A stretch of DNA of 64,000 bases from Octopus vulgaris. Lineage: Eukaryota. The DNA is taken from positions 87,110,001 through 87,174,000 of the forward strand of contig OX597817.1 in assembly GCA_951406725.2 (NCBI GenBank), given 5' to 3'. How positions within the stretch are numbered: position 1 is the stretch's first letter; the number at the start of each line of letters is the position of its first letter. The position numbers and the translations under genes are program-made. Shown here piece after piece: positions 1-14,478 of this stretch. Below the pieces are notes generated by a model that saw nothing but the letters and a program-made list of their open reading frames with translations, did not search any database and had not been told where the DNA came from.

Positions 1-2346
1 TAGGAATATTAATCCGCCACACACATAAGTATATACGTATTCAGCCTCATACACACTAACAAACATCCGCATATATCTGTACAGCCTCATGCACACCAAC
101 AAACTGAAACTCTAGTATGTTAGTATATTTACTATATTCCATGAAATTAAGAATTAATTTCACACACGGTAAGGGAAGTTGTGGTCTTTGTTCGCAAGGT
201 GACAACTATAGATATGTTGCACTATACAGGATTTCAACAGTGAAGCGCAGTCAAACTGGAACCTGATTTGATAAAGAGTTTTACAAACAAGAAAAACGTT
301 AGGAAAAATTGCGACCAATATTAATATGCATGAATCCTTTTAGTCTAAAGAGTCATTGGTATAGATTTAGATAAAGTAATGCATTGAATGCCGTGTGCAA
401 AATATTTTCAATAAAATATAATTTACCTCTTAGTAAGAGAATGAGAAAAGAAGCCTTGTGCACTTGTTTTCGATCCCTTAAGACAAGGGGAGATAATTTA
501 AAGAATTTATGATTTGATTTCTCAAAATCAATTTACATGTTTACAGAAAAAAATCAGTTCTTTGTCAGTAGACTACAGTGAATATGCATGGCAACACCCT
601 ATTCTCAATAAATTTGTGTTAATCTAATAAAATCGGATTCAAATACTCTAATCCTCAGAAAGTTTTATAACTCTAAATAATCCTGTATCAGACTGTAAGG
701 TTACATCAAACTGATATATTTAATCAATTATCTTACTTTTTTGGTATCAGTTTTAAAAAGACAATTGTTCGTAACTGCCAACGTTATCTATGAAAAATGA
801 ATTATATTAGTTATTTTATAATCAGAATCTTAAAAAAGAAAGTGACGGATTAAATCTGTCTGAATGTATAAATATTTACTGCACTCGATGCAGGAATGTA
901 AGACAAGAGGAACGAAATTAAATACTACGAGACATTATTATATTAGTTGACATGTCAATTTTACCTACCAAAAGTAGTAGCGAAACACTCTCAAATTACT
1001 TCCTGCACTTCCTAAACATAGAAAGATACGCTGGATAATGTAAATCATGAAATACAAGGGAACAGTAGGGTCACTGAAGGAACGTATTTGATCCAAGTTC
1101 TGTTGGACCTAGATTGTCTAGGGCAACAATAGCAGCAGCAGTAACTCGAATTACCTTCATATATCATATTGAAATATTAACTTGCTTCTTTCTCACATTC
1201 GAAGTTTATTACATTAATGTTTATGTTGCAGATTTGGTGTGACACTTTGTGGATGTCTTTTAATGTCTATATCCAAAAAATATTCATTTCTTTACGCACA
1301 CACACTTTTAGCACTGTACGGTCGATATTACAAATACCAGTAATATGTAGGAATCGATTCAATCAAAAGTATCACTCTACAATAAAGCGTTGGCATGTAA
1401 CTAGTAAAAACCAAACAAATTGAATGACTATTCCGGAATATTCCAAAACTCAGTATTCACATCAGCAAACTATTGTTATTTTTCTTTTTTTTTTTTGTTT
1501 TATTTTAATCATTGCTATTTAAACAATTTAGACAAAACAGGAAATAAAAGAACTTCACAATCAGTATTTGCTACTGAAAGTTAGTGATTGAACTTATCAC
1601 ATAATTAGGGCAAATTTTTTTCTTGTTTAATAAAAATAATATAAAATGCTACAATAAGAATCAAGAAGAAAAACAATTTCCATAAAATTTTAAAATTTGG
1701 AATGTTATAAGAAAATATTATGGCGTTCGAAAAATATATAAAAAAAATTTAAATAAATATTCAAAAATTTGCATTTTATTTTTAGTTTTAGTATGTTGTT
1801 GAAGAAGACATAAAACGTAAAATATTTTAGATTTCTCCTCAGAAAGGTATGTGAACATTATTTTAAGGGAGAGAAAAAATGTGGATCGAATTTGGATTGA
1901 AAGTAAATGCGATTTTGAAATATTTGAGTGAAATATTTAAAGACATCAACTGCCGATTTTTATATTCACAAGTTTTAGATAATTATTCTGTGAAACAAAA
2001 AAATAATGAATTCAAATTGAGCGAAGAAAGAATAAAACCGAACCATTAATGGATGTCCTATATTTCTCGTCTTGATTATTTTATTTGTCATCGAGAATTA
2101 TATTGTCAGATTGAGGGTGTAAAATTAATATTACCGAATAAAGCGAAGGCAATGAGTTGGCAGATTTTGATGCACTATGGATTAAAAGCAATTAGTTTCT
2201 TCCCACTTTTCTGAGGTCTAATTGCACTAGCATTGTTATTTTACCTCCATTAAAAAAATAATGGAACTGACAAGAAAACCCCAGTAATATTTTGAGGGTA
2301 TATATTCAATAGGTTTATTTGCTGTACTACTACTACTACTACTTTT

Positions 2347-2547
2347 CTCTTTTACTTGTTTCAGTCATTTGACTGCGGTCATGCTGGAGCACCACCTTTA
2401 GTCGAGCAAATCGACCCCAGGACTTATTCTTTGTAAGCCTAGTACTTATTCTATGGGTCTCTTTTGCCGAACCGATAAGTTTCGGGGACGTAAACACACC
2501 ACCATCGGTTGTCAAGCGATGTTGGGGAACAAACACAGACACACAAG

Positions 2548-2610
<63 letters not shown>
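2347..2610 (-). mobile_element. SINE family 1, 3' half only, ending in its internal (CA)n tract
   Basis: Matches 20488-20700 and 40620-40830. The tRNA-like head is missing and the sequence abuts a Dong fragment. Confidence 0.8.
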
Positions 2611-2614
<4 letters not shown>

Positions 2615-4087
2615 TATCATTCCCAGGGCACCTATGACAACAGGTATTGTTTTAGTCTTCAGGTTCCACATTTTGCTGATTTCTATTTCAAGATCTTTAT
2701 ATTTGCTCAGTTTTTGGTAGGTCTTGACAGATACGTTTATATCCATTGGGACAGTCATATCAATGAGGAGGCATGTTCTTTGTTTGAAGTCTTTCAATAT
2801 GATGTCTGGCCTATTTGCATCTATCTTTCTGTCAGTTTGAATGGTGAAGTTCCAGAGGAGTGAGATGTGATCATTTTCAAGCACTGGGGGTAGTTTGTGT
2901 TCCCACCAGTTTTTTTTCATGGGGCAAATCCAGGTTTTTGCAGATTACCCAGTGAATATATTGTGCAGCTCTATCATGCCTGTTGAGATACTCTGTAGGC
3001 GCTAGAAGACTGCACTTGGAGACCACATGATCAATAGTTTCATTTTGTTGCTGGCATACACGACACGTTGGGCTACTGCCGATCTTTAATATATTGGCCT
3101 GGTAGTTTCTTGTTGGTAGGCATTGATCTTGAGCTGCTATGATAAACCTCTCTGTTTCAGATTTTAAGCCAGAGGCCATTAGCCATTGATGGGTCAGGGC
3201 TTTGTCAACATCTGCATTATTCGCTCTCTTTGGGTATTTGCCATAGAGAGGTTTTTCTTGCCATTTATCATTCAGAATATCTAAGGCCGCAGATTTAGCA
3301 CGGGTTTTCATGAGCTTAGCTTTTTCTGTGCCTGTTTCTTGTATGTCTATCTCTAATTCCGAAATTTGTTGTATTCGGAATTCACTTAGATATTTCTTTG
3401 CCTGTTTTGTTACTGAGTATGATGCTTTCTTGTTTTCATGTTTTGAGACAAGTTTTAACATCCAGTCCTCAGAGCTTTTCAGGTAGGTGTCTAGGCCAAT
3501 TGTAGCAATCTTCATTGTTATTGCCAGTTGTAAAAGTCCACGGCCTCCCTCTTTTCTTGGCAGATAAAGTCGTTCTGTATCTGCCTTAGGGTGGTGCATT
3601 CTATGCATTGTCAACAGTTTTCGTATTTTTCTGTCAAGAATACATATTTCAGTAATTGACCAGTTAAAGATATTGAAACTGTAAGTCACGACTGGTATGG
3701 CTAACGCATTGATCGCTTCGATCCTGTTTCTCACATTCAGCTCTGTCTTGAGTATTGCTCTTACTCTGCGATAACATTCTCTCCTGATCCTTTCCTTCAT
3801 CTCTGAATGCCTTATTCCGTCTCCTTCAATTACCCCTAGATACTTGTAGTTCTCCGCTGGGTCTAATTCTTTTATGACATTCTGCTGGTCAAGGTTAACG
3901 TTAGATGTTTCTGTCATTTTTCCTTTGATAAAGGTAGCTTTTGCACACTTATCGAGGCCAAATTGCATTCTGCTGTCATCACTGAATTGTTTGACAATCG
4001 CTAGTAAGCTCTTGAGTTGTTGGTCATTTTTTGCAAAGAGCTTTAAATCATCCATGTAAATGAGATGATTTATATTTTTATCGAACA

Positions 4088-4090
<3 letters not shown>
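2611..4090 (-). mobile_element. R4/Dong-clade non-LTR retrotransposon fragment (family A), truncated at both ends and frameshifted
   Basis: ORF track shows the RT motif YMDDLKL, a CRVC..ETIDH..C zinc finger, RHD, and RPD..D restriction-like endonuclease motifs. It is highly similar to 32670-34150, has a 1-nt insertion in the T-run at ~2910, and its 5' end joins (TTA)n at 4090-4160. Confidence 0.92.
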
Positions 4091-4161
<71 letters not shown>

Positions 4162-4164
<3 letters not shown>

Positions 4165-5290
4165 CAGTGAGCTGGCAGAATCGTTAGCACGCCGGCCAAA
4201 ATGCTTAGCAGCATTTCGTCCGACTTTACGTTGTGAGTTGAAATTCCGCCGAGATCGATTTTGTTTTTCACTCTTTCAGGGTCGATAAATTAAGTACCAG
4301 ATGAGTACTGAGGTCGATGTAATTGACTTAACTCCTTCCCCAAAATTTCGTGCCTAGTGCCTTTTGTAGAAAAGATTATTATTTCTATTATTATTAGTAA
4401 GGCAGCGAGCTGGCAGAATCGTTAGCACGTCGACCAGAATGCTTAGCGGCATTTCGTCCGTCTTTACGTTCTGAGTTCAAATTCCGCCGAATTCGACTTT
4501 GCCTTTCATCCTTTCCTGGTTGAAAAATTTAGTACCTCTGAAATTCTGGGATCAATGTAATCGACTAGTCCCTTCTCATAAATTTTTCAGGCCTTGTCCC
4601 ATCGTTATTATTATTCTGGTAAAAAGCATTGAACTGGTAGAATCGTTACCGGGCCGGACATAATGCCTAATGGCATTTCTTTAGGCTTTACGTACTGAGT
4701 TCAAAGGCCGCCGAGAACACCTTTACCATTCATTTGTTTGGGGTCGATGAAATAAAGCACCAGTTTATCACTAGGGCTGATGTACTCGAATAGCAGCCCG
4801 AAATTTCAGGTTTTGTGCCTATTGAAGAAAGGATCATTATTTTTATTGTAAAAGGGCTAATTGGCAAAACTGTTAACGCGTACGACAAAATGTCTAATAG
4901 TATTTTTTCGATTCTTCAATTTAGTTCAAATCCTGCTGAGGTCAACTTTACCGAACAGCCTTTCGGAACCAATCAAATAAAGTACAGCCAAGAAGGCGGA
5001 AGTATAATCGAATCACCATCACGCTTCAAAGTGGCTGGCATTGTGACTAAATCAGAAACGATGTGGTAAGATATCAGAATCGTTAGATCATCGGAAGATA
5101 CGCTCTGTGGCATTTACATTTGTTCCGACTCTTTATATTCAAATTGCACTGAGTTTGCAGACGTTATTTAATATCATGACCGTATATATAGTGTGTCGAT
5201 AAAATAAAGTGCCAGTTATAGACTGGGAAAGATATGCGACTTATAATCTCCCATCAAAACTGTTGGCATTATGCTTAATTTAGGAACCAT
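4162..5290 (+). mobile_element. Head-to-tail array of about five tRNA-derived SINE family 2 copies
   Basis: Repeated unit gagctggcagaatcgttagc...gagttcaaattccgccga...gcctttcatccttt...gtcgataaa..aagtaccag starting near 4162, 4401, 4630, 4855 and 5065, with A- and B-box-like motifs. Confidence 0.8.
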
Positions 5291-5699
5291 TATTACTTGA
5301 TGTTATTACTTAACTATTCCATATTAAATGTCCTTTTGTTCAGAAGCTTGTTCGCCAAGGACGGAATCAAATATGGATTGGAGACGGTTTCGTACCACTG
5401 TGTGCGCATATGTGTGTGTATGTTATTGACATTATTACTTGAAGTAGTGGATTGGCCGAAATATCACCGGACTAGACCATATACCCTACAGTAATAAATT
5501 TAATCTTTCTATGTTCTGAGTTCATATCCTATGAGAGTAGAATTTACATTTAATACCTCCGAAAATGAGAAAATAGAGCAAGACTTGTTCTAATTAACGA
5601 TTATATAATTTCCTTACAAATTGTGGAGATGTATGTAAATCTGAGGAAGCTTAGGTTTACATACATCTGAGATTTTGTGTCAGAAAGAGCAACACATTA

Positions 5700-6035
5700 A
5701 ATAGCAACATCGACTATTTCTAGTAGAGCTTCATCCAAAGTGAGGACCGGCAATAACTTGGAATTCAAAGCCAAAAATGTTCCAATGCTCTACCATGAAA
5801 ATTAAGAAACTTACGCCATTTGAATGTTTTGAAAAAGGAACTGGACATCCTCCTATTTAGATACCTGAAGAAGTAACATCTTAGCATGAAGTACAGAAGA
5901 GAGTGGCAGTGTGAAACTCCATCATTCATTAAATGAGCCAACAACCAGGTAAAAAGCACACGCAAGAGTGGTGATAGGAAGTCACCCCACCTTGAAGAAT
6001 TCAACCACATAAAACACCTGTGAAATGGGTACAAA
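5700..6035 (+). mobile_element. Decayed 3' end of a CR1/L2-like LINE
   Basis: Frameshifted translation resembles a LINE ORF2 C-terminus (..NALP.KLRNL..LNVLKKELDILL..IPE). Confidence 0.4.
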
Positions 6036-6114
6036 GTCAGGGTGGTACCCTAGCATTGCCGCAGTCGCATAGCTGTAACGCATAAAAGGATGTGTGTGTA
6101 TTTGTATGTGTGTG

Positions 6115-6156
<42 letters not shown>

Positions 6157-6774
6157 AGTGTGTACCAGTATTTTCATGTGCGTTTGTGATGCTCTTTTCG
6201 TTGTCAGTGTTTCAAAAACATCTACATCTCTAAGTGTACAAATGGTCAAGAATATGTAGCATCTATCACATTTAAAACATTCTTGCTGTATCGTGAAAGA
6301 ATAGACAAAATTACATCTTAGAATTCTCTGGTGATACCATTCCATATTTAAACTAATGTTACAATTGCTTTATGTATTTTCCGTCAGAGTTGTAATTTAT
6401 ATCATAATTTTCCCTTTCAAATTTTTATAATACTTCGACCATAGATCAGCTAACCTGTTGGGAATATCTTCGGTACAATCACACGTATAGAGTGCTGCAA
6501 AACTATTTCTTATTCTGACTATAGATATCATATTTGAATTTTTTTATGCTTTCTTTTCTCTGTCAACCTTTGTTATTGTAAGATATCTTATTTTATTTTT
6601 CTCCTATTATCATTTCACTCAGACTATGGTAAACTGTTGAATTTTTCAAACCTACGTGCAGAGAATAAAACACGCGGACACACACACATACACACACACA
6701 CACACACACGACCTCTGCATACATATTTATAAGTATGTATGAATGCATGTGTGTATGAATGTATGAATATAAGC

Positions 6775-6824
<50 letters not shown>

Positions 6825-6831
6825 TTCCCCG

Positions 6832-6899
<68 letters not shown>

Positions 6900-8581
6900 A
6901 TGATTCGTGTTTCATTATATTACACGTTTTTATCAAATTTCAAAACTTAAAATTAGTCTAACATATATCTACATTTCCTTGTATTTTCTTCTTCTTTCTT
7001 AAATTTCTAATAGCAGTTATAAATCTTTATATGTTGATTTTCCACTATTTTATGCTGCATTATTGTTTACCTCTGCTAATACAATATTTTAAAATACGAG
7101 AAAAAAACCTATAGAGGTATTTTATATAGTTTTCTCAGTTACGTTTGGTTACTGTCTTTATATCTTTTTCAGTGATTTATATTACATTTTTACCTGTTCT
7201 GCAAGTATAATATTTTAAAACATGTAAATCTGTTAATCTTTTCTTCCCTTTCCACATTTGTTCTTGTTCTTCCTGAACTCGTTCAAATAGTTCCATGTTC
7301 TCGTTTGTTCCACCTTTTCTTTCTTTAGCAGTTCTGCATATATTGTTTTTGTTCGTTTTTAACTCTGTTTGCAGCTAGATATATATTTTCGGTTATTGGA
7401 TTACCTTTTTCTTCCAAAGCACTACGTTTATGAGGTCATCTATCGGTTTCTTAGCTTGCTAATCGTGCTTCTCATAATGTCGAAGTGACAGAGAAATAAC
7501 ACTTCTTTGAAATGGAATGCTGATCAGTTGAAACAAAGTGAAAAAGAAGACTTCCAGTCAAAGAGACATATTGATCTATTAAGAAAGAATGGAGACCACT
7601 ATGCGAGCATCTATTAATTTTCTGTCGAGGACAAGTTGGGTGTCATTTAAAAATTACCTAACAGTAGTTCAAATAAAAGAATGTATTTGTCAATTTTGTA
7701 TATGTATTGAGTCTAATGATTAACAAAGAAAAGGAAAGTTGAAGAATGAAAAGGAATTAATTATCAGGGTCCATGTATGTTAACAAAAATGCTGTAGAAA
7801 CTTCAGGTCAGGAATGAGAAATAAGAACATCAGAAAGGTGTAGTACCTAATGAGGTACATCTCTAAAATTTTGGAATATAAATAATCTCCCTTCCATATT
7901 TACTGGAGAACTCAAGTATTTTCATACTTCATTTATATTTACTATCCTTCATTTGGTTACAATTACACAATCCAGAAACTTTGGTCGACAGGACCTCTTT
8001 CTTATGTTGACCTTCAATCGCTAACTGAAAGAAACTGAGATAAAGCAACATTTTCAAATAACTGCAATGTTAGCTAAGTATAGCAGTAGTAGTTATGAGG
8101 CAGCTTGCAATTCAATTTAATCAGATAATATTTGCTGTTTCTTTGGAGAATAGACGTGTATACTTCACATAAGAAACTATTGAGAGGTTGCTAAACAACG
8201 TTGACAGGATTCTTTTAGCTTTCTTAACAACTTTATAAAAAATCTGCTGTAGAATGAAGTGGCATAGTGCTACACATGTTAAGACAAGATGCAGAAGAGA
8301 CAAGTTGTTTGGAGCTAAACTGGTTCACACTCAGGTTTCAGGATGTGTACAGCTTTAGGAAAAGTGTATTTTGCTTTCAAATAATTGTAACCCAGTTTGT
8401 CAAAAACCGAAGCCAGTTTACTATTAATATAACTTGAATAAAAGCTTGGATGTACCTTCTAATGACGCCTTATCCTTCTGTAGCATGGCTCAAAAATTTT
8501 AAGAAAGATTAAGAAAGTAATGCCAAGTTACTTTGGCAGTTCCATCCTCTGCAATATCAATAACTCTTCTCATAAGGCAAG

Positions 8582-8800
8582 CTATGGCATAAAAGATTAA
8601 TGTTATGGGAGGCTTAACACTTCCCATAAAAGAAGCTATGGGAGGGTTAACACGTCCTGTAAGAGAAACTATGGTTAAAAGAAACTATGGTTAAAAGATT
8701 AATGCTATGGGAGGTTTAACACTTCCCATAAGAGAAAATATGGTTTAAGAAATTAATGTTATGGGAGGTTTAATACTTCACATAAAAGAAGCTATAGTTT
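8582..8800. repeat. Degenerate minisatellite with four copies of a hairpin core
   Basis: Core tatgggagg(t)ttaacacttcccata is repeated with related linkers. Units run about 33-70 bp. Confidence 0.8.
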
Positions 8801-8802
8801 AA

Positions 8803-9090
8803 CAGTGGTTCCCAAAGTGGGTGGTACTGCCCCGCTAAGGGCAGTGGGAAGTTTCAAGGAGTAGTTGAAGAAAATTGGGGCTATAATGAGGTAGTGATTC
8901 ATGTAAAAATTGGGGCAGTAATGGGATGGTGATTCATGTAAAAACAACAAAATAATGGATTTGTTAGGTTAAGTTTTATTTGTGAAATACAGTTGCTTTG
9001 AATTTGCTTCAGAAAGAGGCCCATGTTTGTGATGATTAGTTGGGATGGGGGCACTAGGAATGTGGCCTGGGTGTCAAGGGGGCGGCATTT
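8803..9090. mobile_element. Probable non-autonomous hAT remnant
   Basis: Begins cagtggttcccaaagtggg, a typical hAT/Charlie terminus. The second TIR was not found. Confidence 0.4.
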
Positions 9091-10139
9091 TGGATGGAAG
9101 TACAATGTCATGCAAGACACCGTTTCAAGCCGATACAAACGGTTTCCGTTTCTCCATGGAATTCGAACTTGTCAGTTAAGGTTCAACGAAGCATATCATC
9201 ACCAGCTTCTTCTCATTCTACTCTTTTAACTAATGTTGTGGCAGTGTGGTTGTCCTATGATTTTGATTGACTTTAGTAGTTTTCTGAAGAGAAATGAAAT
9301 TTGATATATTGAATGTCAGCCTGAAATCATCTTTTATTGGACCACATATTAATCTGCGGATGAATATGCTAATGATGTATCATCTTCTAAGGGTGCCAAT
9401 AACCATTTGACTATCTGTAACAGCAATAATCTATTGAATTCCAAGTATGAGTTTCATGAAAGATTTTAAAGTCAAAGTTTTCTCTAGCAGAGCGTAACAC
9501 TTTCATGGTGTTAAGTGGTTGCAGGAAAGATCAAAACTTGCACCCAAATGATAAAATTAAGAAAAATCATCAATCAAATCATAAATCTCCATCTTCTATC
9601 TGGATCTGTACCGTCATTCAAGCTTATAGATACAGCTTTAATATATTGATTAAGAGGTTCAATATACAGAGGAGTTCATGAATTCAGTTTTAAAAACATA
9701 TGTCATCTCATAGTAGGATTATTGGGACCAATGAAATCAATGGTGATTGTTGAGCCCCAGGTCGGGTCTTTTTGAGAAAACAAGTGATCAATAGCGTTCC
9801 AGTCGTGACCATTCCGTATTTATGCACATCTACAACTCCACGGTCGAATGTGTCCTTTGTATTTTTTAATGTTGATTGGTGTATTTCAGTGGATATAGCT
9901 TCTATTTCTATCGGACTATGAAACCATGCAGGACCTCGCTCGAAGGTCCGTCACAATGAGTTGCTAAAGCCATATTTTCCAATTAACGTTTAATGTAGCC
10001 TCATTCCTTCAAGGCACAAAGATTGTAGGGAAGTCATTAAAGTTACCAAATGTAACTTAGCAAGAACAGCAACAACAGCAACAGCAATAATAATAACGAT
10101 GACGATAATGCTAATGATGATGATGATGATGATGATGAT

Positions 10140-10275
10140 AAAATAATTTATAAAGTGGCAGGAAGAGCTTGCACTCCCCTAACAACAAATAGGAACGCAC
10201 AATGTTGTACACACCCCAACAACACGGAGGTCTAACAGGTGATGCAGTAGAAATCTGCGTGAAACTGTCAAATGT

Positions 10276-10277
<2 letters not shown>
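10140..10277 (+). mobile_element. Diverged 3' end of a Dong-like element with a (TAA)n tail
   Basis: gaggtct....ggtga and the terminal aaa..gtcaaa....gaataataat resemble the family A 3' UTR at 32338-32405 (minus strand). Confidence 0.45.
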
Positions 10278-10670
<393 letters not shown>

Positions 10671-11127
10671 GAAGTAACAACAGTGACTTTGGGACATTTC
10701 AAGGTAGTAAGAATGCTCAATACAATACTTCCTTTAATTACAACAGGTCTTCCGCCTTCCAGTTCATTTAAATTATCGTGTCAGGCTCTGTTTTGTGATA
10801 TCTAAGAAAACTCAAGGCTAATGTAACGAAGTTGTAGATTCAACCTTCAGACGTGTTTCTCTCATGGTCAACTCTACGCAGTCTCGTTCACGATTATCAA
10901 GTGAAAATAAGTGTTCACAACATAGCTTTTAGAAGTGTTATTAACACAGCTTTGGTATTTTCTTTTATATAGAAAATACATGCTTTGAGTTTCGACACAG
11001 ATGTTTCTACATTCATGAAGACACCCGTATTTCGAATATTATTTCAGTCAGGTGTTACCCACTGCTGTAAGTTGATACAAGTATTTATTTTCTGGTACAC
11101 CGCTGCATACTTACTGCGAGAATGCAG

Positions 11128-11505
11128 TCACATACATACGTACATACATACATACATACATACATACATACATACATACACCAGATAGTATATACACACA
11201 TACATACATACATAGGTGCATGTACATATACGAGATATATATATATATGTATGTATACACGCACATACATAGGTACATACATACATAAGTACATACGTAC
11301 ACACACACACATATATGTATGTGTATATATATATACATAGACACATGCATACACACATATATGTGTGTCTGTATACACATACATACGTACACACACACAC
11401 ACACACACACACATATATGTATATATATATATATACATAGACATATTCATACGTGTACATGTATATACATACACATACATATACACGCATACACAGATAC
11501 ATACA

Positions 11506-11539
<34 letters not shown>

Positions 11540-11590
11540 CATACATACATACATACATACATACATACATACATACATACATACATGCAT
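11128..11590. repeat. (TACA)n/(CA)n/(TA)n low-complexity tract
   Basis: Directly visible. Confidence 0.95.
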
Positions 11591-12097
11591 AAATGTTTAG
11601 TTGTACAAACGATAGAAGAATGTACTGAAACATGTAGTAGACTTTATTCATATAGTCGAGGCTGATTCTTCACTATCACGTTTGCCTTGAGGAATGTGAT
11701 AGTAACGGAAAACTGTGAGTAGTCACAGCGTGAAACTTTAGATTTCAATAAAAGAATACACACACACACATACGCACACACACATTTGTTTGTGTGCGCG
11801 CGTGTACTTGCGTGTGCGTGTGTACGCGCGCGCGTATACGTGTGTGTGTATAATGCAGACCTATATTTGTTTTGTCAGGTTACTATTCCACCTGGAGACG
11901 GTGTGTTGAAACTGAAGCAGTGACACCGTGGAAAGATTATTTTAATCATTTAAAATCACAGAGAACCTGTAACAATCATTTATCACATGTTTCAAAGCAG
12001 TACTGTGTATTATGATATGGAAAAATGTTTGGCCATGCTTCTGATTCCTGGTCAATATCTGGAGTGGAATTGTATTAGTAACTAGTTGTCAAACACA

Positions 12098-12153
<56 letters not shown>

Positions 12154-12713
12154 CACATACACGCACGCACCTGCACACTCGCAGACATGGCTGAGTGTGT
12201 AAGAATTTCATATGACAAATATGTGTCTTTCAATATGCAACATTCCATCTTATTTAAATCTCTCCTACCATAACCACAGGTAGCCCAACATCTTATGGGT
12301 AGAATTTGTTTGCCAGTAGCAGTAAGGAAACGCACTGCCGATAGAAAAAGACGTAAAACGAAGTAAATAAATGCAGAAGGATAATATAAAATTTTTTCTT
12401 CCACTCTACTAATGAAAAAGTGCTGAGGATTTCCGACAAGACGATTGTCTTCCTTGCTGTAGGGATAAAACGAGCAACCAGTCTATATACACACGCATAT
12501 GCATATGTATAAGTAAATTTAAAAAGACTCAATAAGATTATAAGGCTAAAATGTGTACAATGAAAATATATACGCCAATGAAAGGAAGAGAAGAGAATCT
12601 AATGTTTCGGGTTAAACCTTTTATCAAAAGAAGGAAATAAGAGAAAGAAAGAAAAAAAATGAAAGGAAAGCAATAGGGAATTTATAATTTATAACGTTTA
12701 TTTACAAATCAGG

Positions 12714-12786
<73 letters not shown>

Positions 12787-12799
12787 TATATACACATAT

Positions 12800-12869
<70 letters not shown>

Positions 12870-12879
12870 TACAGGTTTA

Positions 12880-13918
12880 CAGGGTGTCCCAGGAAGATTT
12901 ACCCATTGATATTTCTTAATTATTCAAAATAAACTTAAGGTAGGATTATGAAATTTGGCTCAAACGTTCTAGAGTAAATTGACAATCTATTCCAGCAATT
13001 ACATTTCAGAATGATCACCTTTTGCCTTGATCATAACCTGCAAACGAGTGATCGTTGAATTGCATGGGCACCGTACGACCTCTTCATCCGTCTTGACCCA
13101 TGAACACAGAAGGGCTTTCTTCAGATCTGATACATTTGAATAGGGGCGAGCAGAAACATTACTCTCAAAGATGGACCAGATAGCAAAGTTTATGGGATTG
13201 ATGTCTGAACTTGAGGAAGGCATAGTCACATCAGATGCAACTGCGGTCCACAGCATGACTGTAGCTGGCTTCTGATGATGTAAATGACTCCTGCTACCTT
13301 CGGGTAAGTCACCTGCAGTAGGTACATGAAACCTATCATCGGCCTATTGGTAAATGTACACCACGGTGACGATCTCGTCGGACCAGCTCAACACTTTGTT
13401 AGCGGCGCGCTTATCTCAGCTAACATGGTTTTAACCACGTCAAGCTGTTTCTTCCTGGAAGCTTCTGAAATTAATTGCCGGGATTGTTTCTTGTATGCAG
13501 CTAGTTTTAAACCCCCTTTAAAAACCCTGTGCATTGACAATTTTGAAATATCAAGAGCTTTGCAGATTTTTCCTGCACTCTCTTAGGGATTTCGGTTCAT
13601 TCACTTCTTCACAGCTTCAATAGTTTGGTATGAATTGATCATTTCCTACTAGGAATTGATTTGGTAGAGGTGGTAGCAGACTCCATATATCGTTTCCAGG
13701 TATTCAACACTGTTTTACGGCACACATCCTACTGCTTTATTATGTCTTTGTTGCTCACTCCAGATGTTTTCAAAGTGTCACGTTATAGACGGACGAAACA
13801 ATAGACACATGAACAAAAGATAAATGCAAATCTTTATGTAAAATGTAGATAATATTACCTGAACCGATATTCTTTAGGAAGAGTTTTAAACATGAATAAA
13901 TATTTCTGGAACACACCA
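12880..13918 (-). mobile_element. Decayed Tc1/mariner-superfamily DNA transposon (maT/DD37D-like)
   Basis: Begins TA-cagggtgtcccagg with an imperfect inverted end at ~13900-13918. ORF 12999-13256 gives SSDINPINFAIWS...DLKKALLCSW...RLQVMIKAKGDH, typical of a transposase C-terminus. Confidence 0.75.
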
Positions 13919-13959
13919 TATACATACATACATACATACATACATACATACATACATAC

Positions 13960-14446
13960 ATAGTTAATCCAAACATAAAAACATAACAACGCGAGGACAT
14001 GGAACAAGTATAGTATTATTGGACGCTCAGGAAAGAAGGAAAGAAGGAGGGTTTAACGTTTCGAGCTGAGCTCTTCGTCAGAAACATAGGAGAAGGAAAG
14101 ATCCAGAGAAGGGAAGACAGAGGAAAAAAAATCGCCAACGGTACACAAGCAGTCACATTTTGAATGACCGGAAGGGAATGGGTGAAGAAAAGTTCTTTCA
14201 AAGACAGGAGAGTGCAAGAGAAGGAGGTATGTGTGTGTAAGTGTGGATATGTGCCTGCGCGCAGGTCTGTGTGTGTGTGTGTGTGTATGTGTGTAATGAT
14301 AGCACGTGTGTGTGTGTGGTTGTGCTTAGTATCGTTTAAGGTCAAGGAAGAATGAAGTAGGAGTGGCTCTTTTGTCTACCATGTGCATGGAAGAATGGTC
14401 AGTGAAAGGTACTGGTAGTTTGAAGTATGTGTGTGTGTGTGTGTGT

Positions 14447-14478
<32 letters not shown>

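Noticed and set aside
2877-4271. 464-aa ORF as an intact gene with a poly-Asn tract
   Set aside because: It is a chance fusion of antisense SINE sequence, the (TAA)n target and a truncated Dong ORF.
8582-8800. CRISPR-like array of palindromic repeats
   Set aside because: The spacers are related to one another, the context is eukaryotic, and there are no cas genes.
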